From: the human T2T-CHM13v2.0 reference genome, Homo sapiens
Strand: one strand, 5' to 3'
Assembly: GCF_009914755.1 (NCBI RefSeq)
Contig: NC_060929.1
Length of the DNA: 64,000 nucleotides
The position numbers and the translations under genes are program-made. Positions 1 to 13,400 of this stretch are shown here, in pieces; position 1 is the first letter of the stretch, and each line of letters opens with the position of its first letter. The notes below the pieces were generated by a model. The model was not told where the DNA came from. It did no database searches and saw only the letters and a program-made list of their open reading frames with translations.

Positions 1-1318
1 ATATCTGCACTAGATGGTTTTCTTCAAAATTTCCAAATCCAACATTGCTCACAATATCACACAGCATTTTCCATTCCACTAAAGTGAAACCTTGCCAGGT
101 TTCTTCTTCTCATATTAGTCCACTTCTCCATCTGAGTCTCAATTTCTTGCCAAGGTGCTGACTTAGCAGAAACACCATGCGTAGTGGCATGGTGACTTCT
201 ACTCCAAACCACGAGACACTTTTCATTTATATTCATCAAAGAAGTACTCCACAGGCATCAAACCATGTACCCAGATCTCAGTTTGTTATTTGATTATCCA
301 ACTTAATCCCATTAGACACTGATCTTTTAAATAGCACAAAAACTGCTGACAAAATGCCTCTGCAAACATTAAAAACTCCCTATGTGAGGAGTATTCAATT
401 TCACAATTAGCCTTAGTAAAAACTAGTGTTTACATTTATTTAAATATTAATCAGAAACAATTTTAAATGAAAATGAAAAGCATTGAGTATCTTAAAAAGA
501 CATAGTGCAATTTAGTGAGATAAGCTGATCTCTCTTCTTTTACACTTAGAACTATCTGGGGATTCTCCTGGAGCACCATTGCCATAAAATGGCCAGTGGT
601 TTAGTCCTACAGAAACCTATATTTAAAGTCTCTTCCCAATTTATGAAAAATTCCCAACTTCTGTTTGTCACTAAACTATGTTTTAGAGGGTATGCATACT
701 GTAAATAGTGTTAGGCAATAAAAAGTAAGATACACAGGCAGAAAATAAAATATCTATTACTGTTTCAGAATTCAAAATATCTTAAGAAAAAAGTAACTGT
801 AAGCTATATACAAGGAAAAGCCACAAGAACTCTTTTAGATAAACAAAATCAGCTGAAAACCAACATCTTAAAATCTTAAAACATCATGTAATTGTGTACA
901 GATGAGATGATCAGTAAAGCGGTGATTGTGGGCTACTCGGTAAAATATTAATCTAGAAAAAGAAATAAAAAAATCTTCTTTTTTGGTGACTGATATTAAT
1001 AGAGTACCAGACCAAAGCCAGAAGAGCCACATCATGAACAAAGCTGATTATTGACTCACGACTCCATTTTCTCATCAGCCAAATGGGTCGAAAGAGCAAT
1101 CTCATCAAATCTCTCAATTCACAGGGAGTGTAGGGCAAGTATTATTCTAATATTATTATAGAAGTGCACTTGTGGAAAGCAAGGCTTTATAAATGCTGAG
1201 GACTTCCTCTTTTTAACCTATGTTATATTCTTTACTAAAAAGACTAAGAAACAGAATAAAAGAACATTTTTTAAAGCACACTTTTACATAAAAAGTTTCC
1301 ATAAAACCTAATAGGATT

Positions 1319-1342
1319 TGTGTGTGTGTGTGTGTGTGTGTG
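1319..1342 (+). repeat. (TG)n microsatellite
   Basis: Uninterrupted run of about 12 TG units. Confidence 0.97.
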
Positions 1343-1659
1343 AAACACAAGTAATATGAATAGAAAATGTTTCTAGAGCCAAAATAGTATATTGACAAAT
1401 ATTATAAAATATTCACAACACAAATGAGTTTTTCCATGTAAAATAGCAAATATTAAATAGCAGTTCTCCTGAAAAGACAAATTTAATTTTCAGTCGTGCC
1501 TCACTGGTTTTAGTACCATTTCATGAGGGAAGAAAAAGTAAAACATCTCGGGCTAAATTAAAATTATGCCTAAATTGAGTAATAAACAAATTCCTCACTT
1601 GTCCTTAGCTTTCATCTCTATTTCCTTGATTTTTTTAATGGTGCTTAACCTATTGTATA

Positions 1660-1800
1660 TGTAATCATTTAACATTTGCTGTGCACCTACTAGGCACCAA
1701 GCTCTGGTCTAGGTATTTGAGCTGATAATAGGGAAAATGAGATATAGTCCCTCACTTTGAGGGGTCACTGCTTATTGGAGGATACCAGCATGTAAATTTC
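1660..1800 (-). mobile_element. L2 3' end fragment
   Basis: tcatttaacatttgctgtgcacctactaggcaccaagctctggtctaggt...tagtccctcactttgagggg resembles the antisense L2 tail. Confidence 0.6.
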
Positions 1801-1869
1801 CCACCATGAGGAAATACACACTGTTGGTGAGAGTGGAGACTGACAGATCCATTTTGGAAAAAAAATGTC

Positions 1870-2740
1870 TTTTTCTTCTAAAGTTGAATAGGCATGTAGT
1901 CTTACATATAGCAACTCCACCGCTAGATATATGCCCTAAACTAATTATTGCACATGTTCATTTCTGGAATGCTCAACAATGCTCATAACATAATATTTAA
2001 AAATTGAAAGGAACTCAAGCATTTACCTTTAAGAAAATATACAAATAGGACCAGTGCGGTGGCTCACTCCTGTAATCCCAACACTTTGGGAGGCCAAGGT
2101 GGGTGGATCACAAGGTCAGGAGTTCGAGACCAGCCTGCCCAATCTGGTGAAACCTCGTCTCTACTAAAAACACAAAAGTTAGCAGGGTGTGGGGGCGGGT
2201 GCCTGTAGTCCCAGCTACTCGGGAGGTTGAGGCAGGAGAGTCATTTGAACCCAGGAGGTAGAGGTTGCATTGCGCCATTGCACTCCAGCCTGTGCAACAG
2301 AGCAAGACTCCATCTCAAAAAAAAAGACAGAAAAAAAAATACAAATACATGTGACATAGTTTAAAATGAAATATAATACAACTGTGAAAATGAATTACCC
2401 TCAGCCCATAGGCAATATCCAAAGAATCTTAGAAATATAGTCTTGAGTAAGCAAAAGAAACTGTGGTAGACAATATACAATACGATAGGATTTGAATGAG
2501 ACTCAAAAATATACGCATTATATTTTTAAAGACACATACATTCCTAGTTATACTATTTTAAAGAGCAAAAGAAATATAAACACTAAATTCAACATAGTGA
2601 TTAAATTTGATGGGAGGCAGTTGGTGGCAGTGAGGAAGTACATCCAGGTAGTTTCAAAAGAATTTTCATAATCTAGTTCATCAGGTGTTTGATGGAATTA
2701 CAATTCAATTATAATTCTTCTTCATTTCTTATGTGTTACC
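1870..2740 (+). mobile_element. Old L1M (L1ME-like) 3' fragment, interrupted by an Alu
   Basis: catatagcaactccaccgctagatatatgcccta and gtcttgagtaagcaaaagaaactgtgg...atatacaatacgata resemble L1M ORF2 end and 3'UTR; highly diverged. Confidence 0.5.
2048..2340 (+). mobile_element. AluS (AluSg-like)
   Basis: Dimeric Alu with ggatcacaaggtcaggagttcgag, A-tail, small right-arm deletion and flanking atacaaata target-site duplication. Confidence 0.95.
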
Positions 2741-2889
2741 TATTTTTGTTTTCATCAAACATCTCAAAATGAAAATTCAATAATTAAAACTTCAAATGCC
2801 ATGGAATGTCAGTAATTATTCCTGAAGGTATTAGGAAAATAATCCATGGAATTTTAGCAGGGCTATAAAGATAAATTAATTTTCTAGGA

Positions 2890-3700
2890 GTACAAGAGCA
2901 AACCAAAGGCAGGAAAGGCAAGAAAGAGAGTGAACAATGGTCCAGGGATGTGAAAGAGGAGCACACCAAGAGAAGCGTGAAACCGTGTTGGGCTGGAGGA
3001 GAGGACGTGCAGGAGAAGAGGCAGAAGAAGATGCTGACAAAGGAACCCCTCACTTCTGTGGAAGGTCTTAGATGCCACAAAAGGAAGATTATCTTGTAGG
3101 TAATGGCATGATGCTGATGGCTTGTTTTAAAGCAGGTAAAGTTATGAGAGAATAATTTTTCGGATAACAATGGTGACAGACTATGGAAAAGAATTAGTGG
3201 GAAAAGACAGTGTCAGTGACAGCAATTAAAAGAGTCATGTGATAATCGAGGTGATATAAGATGAAGGTTTGAATAATGATTTTAGCAGTAGAGAAGGAGA
3301 GGGAAAAAGACAGGTGTAAAGACCTTAAAAGGATAGATTTGGCAATTCAACAGATGTAGGCTGTTAGGGAGAATTAAGAGCCACATACAACCATAAGTTT
3401 TTTAAATATTTGATAGGTTAGTGGATGATGAAAAAAAGAAGAATATAGCTTGGCAGGGAAGATAATAAATTCAGCTTGGGACTTGCTGGGGTTGAGAAGT
3501 TTTGGGAGACCCATGTGATGTTGGTAGATGCTTGAAAATACAATAGCAAGTTGATACAGAAATTTAAATTTGTGCACTTTAATTAGTAGTCATGACCAAG
3601 GAATAATATGATATCCTTTACATAGAAAGTAGAGATTAAGATGTGAAGAATACCAAGGATGGATGAAACTCTGGAAAACAGAAAGAGACAGAAAGTGAGA
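2890..3700 (-). mobile_element. L2 fragment
   Basis: Purine-rich tract with L2 antisense motifs (gatgccacaaaaggaag, ttttaaagcagg, ataataaattcagcttgggacttgctggggttgag). Confidence 0.6.
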
Positions 3701-3714
3701 AACAGAAAACAAAG

Positions 3715-3900
3715 GTGAAGAGCATTAGACTATAGAGCCAGAATGCCAAGATTTGTAATATTCCCTCTACCATCCTTAGGCAGCCTCCTAACTCCTCTTG
3801 GCTTTAGGTTTCCCAGCTGCAAAATGAAAATAAGAACAATATTTACTTCACAGGATTATCGTGTGGGTTGTATTAGTCAATATGTGTAAAATGTTTCATA
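3715..3900 (+). mobile_element. MIR
   Basis: agagcattagactatagagccaga...ggtttcccagctgcaaaatgaaaataagaacaatatttacttcacaggatt matches the MIR core. Confidence 0.75.
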
Positions 3901-4444
3901 TGTATTTTTTTACCCGTTCAACAATTTATTAAGCATGTACTATAGCCCAGGCTACTAGGCCTGATTGTGTGGACTGCAATTATCTATTGTCTTAAGGGTA
4001 CTTGTACATATGTTGTGACTGGAAAATACTGAAAGTCCAGCTTGCTGCCACCACAACCCTCCCCAAACCACCCAATATTTCTCCCATCTATTGATTTATA
4101 TCAGAATGCCCCTTAACTGATGACAAAACTTCCAATCCACAATACTAGATGTCTTAAAATGCAAAGTATTGGAAAAGTAACATAGTAACTTAAAATTACA
4201 TTAAAGAGTATAGGGCTACACTTTGATCTTTTCCTGAGAACATAGGTTGAAAGCTGTAAGAAAAAAAGTGAGAAAAATGAGAAGGCATTGAGCACTTCAA
4301 GTGGAGTAAAAACCCAGGCCAGAATAGAAAGATAAGGCTGGGGAACTCTCAACTCCACTATTTGCATTGAATTAGTTCTTTTTCACCTAAAAGTTATGCA
4401 GATCAATATTTTTCCCTCACAACAAGAAATCACTCTACTATTAA

Positions 4445-4540
4445 ACCTCAGTTTCCTCCTGGGTGGATTAAGTGATATAATACACATAACATACTTAGCA
4501 TTGTGCCTGTCACATAATACATGCTCAATAAATGTTGTCT
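4445..4540 (+). mobile_element. MIR 3' fragment
   Basis: cctcagtttcctc...ggattaagtgatataatacacataacatacttagcattgtgcctgtcacataatacatgctcaataaatgtt. Confidence 0.7.
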
Positions 4541-4944
4541 ATAAATATGGATTCATTGGGCTGTGCAAACACACCTGCTAGCTCATGGTAATCCTATCCC
4601 ATTATCTCCCGTTAACGTAACACATGCTTGTCAAGAAACATTCTGCAGGATGACTTATGAAAGTGCGTTTCTGTGCTCAGATAAGAAAAGATGATAGTTA
4701 TAAAGTAATAATAATAATAAAGAGTACTTACAGTGTGCTACATACCATGCTATCATTTTACATGCAATACTTAGTGCATGAAGTTGTCTATGAATTGCTT
4801 TTTCCATTACCAAGTAAAAAGCTTAGGATGTAGTTACTTATGAAAGATAAGATGGTTCCAGAAGTTGTAAATGTACCAAATAAAAAATTAAATCAAAATA
4901 GAGAAAGTTAATGTGTGAGAAATTTGGCATTTCATTACTATTAT

Positions 4945-5298
4945 TGTATTAGTTTGTTTTCACACTGCTGATAAAGACATACCTGAGACCAGGTAGAAAA
5001 AGAAGTTTAATTGGACTTACAGTTCCACGTGGCTGGGGAGGCCTCAGAATCATGGCAGGAGGTGAAAGGCACTTCTGACCTGGCAGCGGCAAGAGAAAAT
5101 GAGGAAGAAGCAAAAGCAGAAAACCCTGATAAACCCATCAGATCTTGTGAGACTTATTCACTATCACAAGAATAGCACGGGAAAGACCAGCCCCCAGGAT
5201 TCCATTACCTTCTGCTGGGTACTTCCCACAACACGTGGGAATTCTGGGAGATACAATTCAAGCTGAGATTTGGGTGGGGACACAGCCAAACCATATCA
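4945..5298 (-). mobile_element. THE1 (MaLR) solo LTR
   Basis: tgtattagtttgttttcacactgctgataaagacatacc...tgggtggggacacagccaaaccatatca; TG...CA ends; perfect 5-bp TSD ATTAT (4940-4944, 5299-5303). Confidence 0.95.
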
Positions 5299-6274
5299 AT
5301 TATCAAAGGATGACATTGTCATGAAGAAAGTCTACTTCAGCACAATATGCTCTCTTTTCCCTATTTATTTTCCTTCATTCCTCTTGAAAGTACTAGCCAA
5401 TGACTATAAATTCATGTTGTTTTTCAGCAACTTAAAGATAGTTGACATTTCAGACATTTTGCAACCCTCATTCTCCTACTTCTCATTAGTTTCAATTCCA
5501 AGATTTGAAAGCCATCTAATTGCATGCTCAATATTTTTAAGATTATTTTATTAAAAAAATGAAAGGACAACTTTTCACATAGCTAAAGCATAAAAAGTTG
5601 AAGCCTGAAAAACTGTATGTAAGAAAGGAAGAAATTTTTGAAGCCCAATCTTCTGATGCTTCTTTTAATGTGAGTTCAGGGTTCAATGTTTCTTTAAGGA
5701 GAAACTCAACAAAATAAAGATAAACAGAAACATATTTCAAGTTAACCATCATTAGAGCAGTAACTTATGCACCTAAAGTTTGACTGAAATCACATTTGAT
5801 TTCTCAGTCAAAAGGTTTCCTCATTTTTTGATGCCAAAATTTTGTTTAAAATTACAATTATTCTTTAAAAATCAGCAATAATTTTATAACAGAAATACAG
5901 TGTTGATGCTTTATGTACAATTAGATAAACATTTTTTCAGTGACTATGTAGTGATAAGAACATAGAATAAATGAAGGCTAAAACAATTTGATTCCAGTTT
6001 TAATTGCATTTGATAAGAGTGAGACAAAGAAAACCATGACAATTGGCAGAATTTTCTTCTTTTGATAAATTACCTGCTTCAGGTAAGATTATGTTTTGTT
6101 TTTATGTTCTTCTAAATATTTTTCACAATAAATTGGTTTTGTTATTTATTTTCAATTTGTATTTTGAGTAGAGGAAAGGGATATTTGATTTTAAAATAAG
6201 AATGAGTCATGCAAAAATAACCACTGACCAGAAGGCATCTACACATGGCAGAAGATTATATAAAATAGACTTTT

Positions 6275-6290
6275 GCTGCCCTCTTTTGGA
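6275..6290 (-). promoter_or_regulatory. Candidate CTCF motif
   Basis: Minus strand reads tCCAAAAGAGGGCAGC, close to the CTCF core CCASYAGRKGGCRS. Motif match only. Confidence 0.3.
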
Positions 6291-6703
6291 ATAAATAAGT
6301 GAACAATACCACTTTTGATTCCAGGCATTCTACTATTGTCTGTATCTTACCACTACCACGTTGCTTAGAAAACAAAGGGATAGCACTCAATTATCAAATG
6401 CCCTGTTACCAAAAAAAAAAAGGATATTTATTTTAATTTAATGGATGCAAAAATTAAAATGTTATTTAGCAAAATATTATTTAACAGCATACTAAATGAA
6501 AGTATAATTCATCTCAATATACAAATCCAGCTTAGATGATAACCCCACAAGCTAAAACAGTAATCTTATAATCAATATTTTAGGTTTTATGTAGCCTTAT
6601 AAATTGTCATAATTACATAAGTACAAATTTGAAGTATAAAAATAATGATTGATTTAATTACAAAAAATTAGGAAAGCTTTTAACCTACTATAATTAGGAA
6701 GAA

Positions 6704-8085
6704 TATGAGTTTACATAGATGAATGTTTTAATGATGGCAAATAGTTATAATTTTTAACATTCATATGGTTAGCAAGTGTTTTGATATAGGCATCTAACTA
6801 TCATAGAATAACAGTCAGTTGGATTGTAAAAGTGATACCTAAAAAGGAATGAAGATTACTGATTATAAGATTTCATAAATTATATAGCTCTTTTATTGAT
6901 TTAATCTATTTACATAAAATTATAGATGAAAATATACTAATCTCTGCTAACATATGAAATTTTGGTCCTAGCTCTTAATGTGCTTTATTGAAGGCAAGAT
7001 TTTTGGAAATTTCTGAGTATATTTTAATTTTTATTATGTTTATACCCATTTTAACAATAATGTTGAAACTTGCACATTACTATCATCCAAATGTAGTACT
7101 CTAATATTGAATGAGGCTATAGAGTCTTTAAAGAGTAGATAAATTCAAACAAAGCTTAGTTGATCCTACCGTTGATCACCCTTTCCTTCCCTGACCAGAA
7201 AAACTAACACCAACAAAAATGCATGACCTAACATATTAAACTTCAGTCATAACAACTATAAATTATATCTGGCGCCAAACAGAACAAAATAAGATCAATA
7301 AAATTAAATATATGTATACGCTTTTGCTGAGATGGACAAAAAACAACCAAATACAGTGTATATTAAAAGTCATAAGAATGTTGAAACCTGATTATATTTC
7401 TCAACAGTACAAGCCCTTTTAGAAGGATGTACCTTGCAAATCTGATGAAATTAATAACTACACATTGTAATTTTAGTCGGAAATAGCCCAGGGTTTCAGA
7501 ATACTAGGAAATACCAACAACAATCGGAACTCAAAGCAGCAACAAACAAAGCAGTTAAGTGGACTTCAGGCAAGACAAACATGTGGCCAAAATCCTCATA
7601 ATTAAAAAGTAACCATTTTTTGCTTGAGAAAAACTTAGTTTTTGATCATATTAAGAAATGGAGTTTAAGAAAATCTTATCCACAGAATTAAACTCTTCCA
7701 CAGTAGGGGACAAATTACCGACTGCAGTTTTGTGTATGAACAAAAGCCTTGCTGTAATTTTTCCATATAAACAGAAAATTCCAAAAATCTTGCCCTCAAT
7801 AAAACATGCTAAGAGCTAGGACCAAAAATTCCATATGCTAGCAGAGACTAGCATATTTTTATATATAACTTTATGTGAGTAAATTAAATCAATAAAAGAT
7901 TTATATAATTTATGAAATCTTATGATCAGTAATCTTTATTCCCTTTTAGGTGATATTTTGCAAGCCAACTTACTATTATTCTACTACACTTAGATGCCTA
8001 CATCAAAACACTAGTTAACCAAATAAATATTAGTAATTATAAATATTTGCCACCATTAAAACCTTCATCTATTTAAAAACTCATA
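6704..8085. repeat. Long inverted repeat: arms ~6704-7015 and ~7772-8085, spacer ~755 bp
   Basis: The left arm aligns end to end with the reverse complement of the right arm at roughly 80-85% identity by eye (e.g. ttttggtcctagctctta / taagagctaggaccaaaa; ggcaagatttttggaa / ttccaaaaatcttgcc). Confidence 0.95.
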
Positions 8086-10189
8086 AATATATTTCAATTC
8101 CGTTATTGTTATTTTTCAAAAGTAATGTAATACTTCAACGCAGCTGTCAAACAAAAATTATCAACTGATTGGCAAAGGTTATATTATTAAAAGTAAATAA
8201 AATTTCTGGATAAACTAGAAATTGGGCTGGAAGGCCATCAGGGCAATGAGGTATAAATAAAGCTGTGTGATCTCGTTGTAGGAGTCAAAATACCCAGGTG
8301 CAAGGAACCATATTGGATGTTGTAGAATAAGCCTAGATCTATAGATAACTAATTTGTTTGATTTGGGGTAAGAAATTAAATAGACTTTGTCTAGACAGAA
8401 TGACCTCACTGCATACATTTGCTGCCACAGAAACCAGAATCTAATGAAAATTTCAAATTACTTTATTAGATAAAAGTCTTTAGCTAAGCATATATGTTGT
8501 TTTCTATAAGGCTCTAGCAATTCCACTGTGGCAGTAGTAAATTTCACTCTGCATTAAAAACAGTGGAAAAGTCCTGTGAAGTGAATTAACAAATTGTACA
8601 GAATTCACAACACTCTTATTTATTACTTTTTTGTTGTTGATTTCTATTTAAATTTACTGCTATAATAAATAATGATGCAGTGCTTGTAGGATTCTCCAGA
8701 CTACATTTGCTGATTTCAGGATATGTTGTACAATGTTTAAACAAATAATGGCAAAAATGAGAACATAAAGAAAATCCGAATTTGTTTTTATTATCTATTT
8801 CTAATATGATTGTGTGTGGTTGTGCGTTGCTTTGTTTTAAATTTAATCTAGTCATTTCTGCTGTCCATTTGATTATACTTTGCTATGTTGGGGGAGTGGA
8901 ATATCTAAATGAAGAAAGATATACAGAAAGATATGAATGACACTTTAGAGTTAGTTAGGATTGAAACTCCTCCTTGATGGGTAGAAAGTGTCAGTAACAT
9001 AATTGTCAAGAGAAATTAGCAATTCCAGAGGAGCTAGGCTGACAGCAAAACTAAACTTTATATTTGTGCCATTCATATTATCTTTGCATATAACCAGCAT
9101 GTTCTGATTCACATAGCAACGGAAAGATCACATTCTGAAAACTCAATCTAAAGTGGTGAAAGAGATTGGAGTACTTTAAAATACAAATAAACGCATCAAT
9201 GGGCAAATGGCCATGGTGAAAAATTTAAGGAAGAAACAATGATTACTGTGGCTATTGGAGCTCTGAAAAAGATATACTGGTTTAAGTAAATGTGTTGTGA
9301 TTTTACAAGTTGTATATGTTAGCAGGTATAATTTCTATGAAGTAATTCCAGATTCTTAGTGACAGTAAAGCAATTTTTACTGCTTCATACTTTGTAAACT
9401 AAAGACAAAACATGAAATATAGCAGAAGAGACATAAGTATATAGAAGATCCCTTAATTAAAAAAAAAAAAATTCCTGCTGATCCTGCTACTTCCAGCAGA
9501 GCTGAAAAGTCCACAGGCGATCAACATTTCAGCATTCCTTAATGCTATAGCTACTTGGTGGAGTTTTTTTTTTTTTTTTCCCTAGTTATTGGCTGCTGCC
9601 TGCAATCAATTTCTATTGCCATTGGCAAGTGAAACCCACAACACCCTTCTCTCAAGGCTTGGCATAAAAACACAACTGTGACTTGGCTCAGAGTGACCTG
9701 CAGTTTCTATTCTTTGCTAGACTACTGGTGTGGAGGGAAAAATGCACAGGCACAGAGCACCAGAGGCAGGCTAGGGATGCGGTGAGACAAGGATGTCACT
9801 TACCGTTTCTTGTGCATGGTGCCAGAGAAAATATCAGGATGCAAAGGGAACTATGTAAAGGGCAGAAACAGGATTTAATATTACAAACCCCAAATCCCTC
9901 GCCCAAAACATACAAGAAGCTGCCAAAATTTAGCTCCTTTTCTATGAGAACTTGGGTTTCCCATCTTGGGACATCACATTGGTTATAGGGGTTCATGGTG
10001 GAAGGCAGGGTTTTGATGGGAAGAATTAATGTTTTAAAAGACAGGTTATAATACATGGAGTACAGTGGCTGTAGAAAAGAAGTAAAGAAGTAAAAGCAGA
10101 TCATGGAGTCCACCATCTGAAGCCATTAAAGCAGCAGCCCTCCTGGTCCTAGCATGGCCAAATGGTGTCCATAGGTCAGGGAAAGAGTC

Positions 10190-10830
10190 ATATATGCCAG
10201 CTCTATTTGTGGCATTCTTTATGCTTCTCAATGCAGAGCAAGATAACCTGGCAGCCCTATTATACAGAATATATTTTGTCCAAAAAATTGCTGGCCACAG
10301 CATCTGGTAGCAACTCTTTGTCACTACTCAAAAAGCATTACTCCCTTCTTTCTTGCTAGGAGAGCCCCAGTGTCATTTGTGTGATGATGTAATCAGCCCC
10401 AAGGAATAAATCCTATTTAGTAGTCATGAATATTCCATTTTGCCCAAGGATTTGTGCAAAGGGTGTGTACATAACCCAATTGTGGGTCACTAAGCTGAAA
10501 AAAAGTTGGCTGGTGGACAGAATAGCAGTGATAAAGAAAATGTTCCTTTTTCTGTCTTTGCCTTCCTGTCCTGTTTTCTACCTAAAATGCTGCTGTGGGA
10601 GGTTTAGATAAGATAAGGCTTAGAATTCTGGCTACCACTGTGGCTGTGAGCAGGGACATTTCTGATCCTCTGAGTAGGACAAAGTGAAAAGACAGAAAAG
10701 CTTGGATCATGTAACATCACTGAGCTGCTACAACCATCCTCTACTATCACACCTCTTGTTACTTACAATAATTAAATGTTTATATGGTCTAAGCTCTTGT
10801 TGTTAGAGTATTCTATTACCTGAAGCAAAA
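10190..10830 (+). mobile_element. Old MLT1 (MLT1J/K/L-like) LTR
   Basis: ctcccttctttcttgctagg...cactgagctgct...aaatgtttatatggtctaagctcttgttgttagagtattctattacctgaagc resembles a late MLT1 3' end. Confidence 0.6.
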
Positions 10831-12849
10831 TTCAGTCCTCACAGTTACATAGCAGTGGTGCTGGAGGTTTAGGTAAAATAGTAGAAACTATTGTTGTGAA
10901 TGGGAGTATCCTGGTTAGGCAAAGAGCAAGGCTGTTACAGGAAATCTCAGCAATTAGTTGAGATAATTGAGTGTGATTTTCTTTGGGTCTAGAAACTGCT
11001 ATATTCGTAGAGTACCTGATTGATGTTTCCCATTCCACACATTCATATTTTAAGGGAGGTTATGTTACTGCCCAAATGGCCAGTTTCAAGAACACTCGCA
11101 AACTCTGCAGCTGATCCAGAAGAAGATCTGTGAGGGCTGGTAGAGGGTCCAGGCGTCTAACATGTAGAAACCAAGCTAATTATTGAGTAAGAAACAGCAA
11201 ATTATTTTCTATAACTTAATTAATTTCTGGCTTGCAAAGCCTTATTCATCATCACTCCTCCTCAGAGTCCTGTCCGGGTTCTAGAATCTTCGGTGTTAAG
11301 GCATCTATGTGCGAGAGAATCCTTTGCACATTAGTTCATCCTCTATCTGCTGAAACACCCTCTGTCTCCATTATCATGGCCACATTAAAGTCAACAGGTT
11401 TTAATACTTTAATGCCACAGTGAGAACACAGACATCCTTGCCAAGATGGCCATTTTCCTGAAGTTCTGCTGCCTACTCACTAAGCTGCCAAAAGACAAAG
11501 CTGATTCTCATACGTTTTCAGGATTTACAAACTATATCCTCTCCAATGGTCTCTCACAGCTCATAGCCCAGAAGAATCTCAGTCTAGTGTGAGTTAAAGC
11601 TTTCATCTCCTCCATTTCTTGGAAAGCTTCTCCAAAGTACTCTCTATACCTATTCACCTCCTTTCTTTCACCTCCTTTCTTTCACCTCCTACACAAACCC
11701 TCTCAGTTTTCCTAAGGCATTTGGCTTTGAAAGCCCAAGTTAAAGAAGGAGGGACGGTGAGGAGGGAGGCTTGTGGACTAGCTATGGTGTCCTCCCCAAC
11801 ACACTCACACATTAATCACCCCTATACTACTCACATGGGATGCAAGAGCCTGCTTGACTGAGGGCAAAGCAAAAAGGGAAATACAATAACAAAAGATTAC
11901 AAGTAAATATCCCTAAATATTTCCCAGTCGTGTTGGCAGATGTGAAGAATCTATTTTTTTCTTTTCACGTGTAGCACATGAAAAAGTCTGCTTGGGAGGT
12001 AAAGAACTAAAGAAACTTTGCTATGATTTCGTGTGTATGTATTCATTGAAAATGGCCTTGTTTGGGGTTTCAAACAGTGAGTGATCCCACTGGAGAAATC
12101 TAAGGCTCTTGAGTACAAATCAGTTACTATGGCACCCTTAAGATTTGAAGGCAACTCCTCTTCTTCTATGTTAGAAAATCTACTCTGGGAAGTCATATAT
12201 TCTAGGAAATGGAACTGAACGGGAAAATAGTAAGGCAGAGTGGAGTAAAAAATGGAGCAGTGGTCTTGGTGGAGATGTACGGTGCTTCTTGGAGGAAGCA
12301 GGGTCAGGCGTTTTCACCTAGAACTGTGTGAAGACCCAAAGGGAGGTATGGGTTACAGATGACTGAATATTGGACAGCACCATTTTCTTTATGTACTCTT
12401 CTGTTTTCTATCTACATGGAGGTTGTTCCTAGGATGACATGATCTTCAGGAGTGGTGGAAGGTGAGTAGTGCCTACTGCCACAGTGGTAGATATTGACTT
12501 GCCAAACCATTGAACATGGCTTTGTCCGTGAAAATTCTTGAAATTAGAACACCACTTAGGAGTAAAGTCTACCAGCCTCAGTTACTTAGAGATAGAAAAT
12601 ACCTCCCAGGTCCACACTCCTGTTCATGGCCCAAACACTAGGAGGAAGATTATAAGGTTTCACGAACCCAGATCTGTCCCCTAATTTCTTGGTAATTTGG
12701 ATGAGTTAACTAGGGTTAACAACAACTCTGGCCTGAAAAACCAGCTTCAAAGGGGTCCATATGACCCTATTATGTGCCATGTGTCTTCAGTCTACTTATC
12801 AAAGTTATCTTTTTATAAATAGTTCTCTTCTATGACTAACCAAGTGACA

Positions 12850-13400
12850 CTTCTCATGGGAAAATAATTGGCATATGAAAAGACAAGTAATCATGCTACT
12901 TAGCTTCTTAATGTGAAATGCATTTAATGTAATTGCTAATCAATTTTTACCAGAAATTTGTATAATCTTTGAGATTTGAGATATATCCATTTTTTTCAAG
13001 TGGCATATCTTCATAAAGGGTTCATTTTTGTCTGAAAAAAACTTATCTATCATCAAATAACAATTAAATACTATTAATTACTAGTTATTAGTCATTGATT
13101 AATTTTAGTCAATAAAAAACGAACCATTTATTAATGGTGATAAATAGACTACTATTAACTATTGGGAAGAAAAACACCAATAAATAATAATTTTATCTAT
13201 TTAATGTGAAATACATTTAACATAATTGCTGATAATATATCCTAGAACAATCATGTGGCCTATGATTTCTTCATAGCATAAATTGCTTCCTTATGGCATA
13301 GTATGTTTTCATAAAACATTTTTTTGAGGGAAAACTGTCCTAGTCATCAAATAATAATCAATCAGCCACTTGTAATTTAATGTAAGCTGTTTGTGCCTTG
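12850..13400 (+). repeat. Degenerate tandem duplication, period ~293 bp
   Basis: ttaatgtgaaat(g/a)catttaa at 12908 and 13201; tggcata at ~13000 and ~13294; tcatcaaataa at ~13050 and ~13344. Confidence 0.7.

Noticed and set aside
1-330. Minus-strand 60-aa ORF with faint resemblance to the CR1/L3 3' region
   Set aside because: No splice context or recognisable protein, and the similarity is too weak to call by eye.
870-975. Strong minus-strand acceptor (tttttttatttctttttctag) followed by short open frames
   Set aside because: No partner exon or recognisable peptide; may just reflect an A-rich run.
11600-12780. GC-richer stretch that looks like an old LTR or internal retroviral relic
   Set aside because: I could not assign a family or ends with any confidence.
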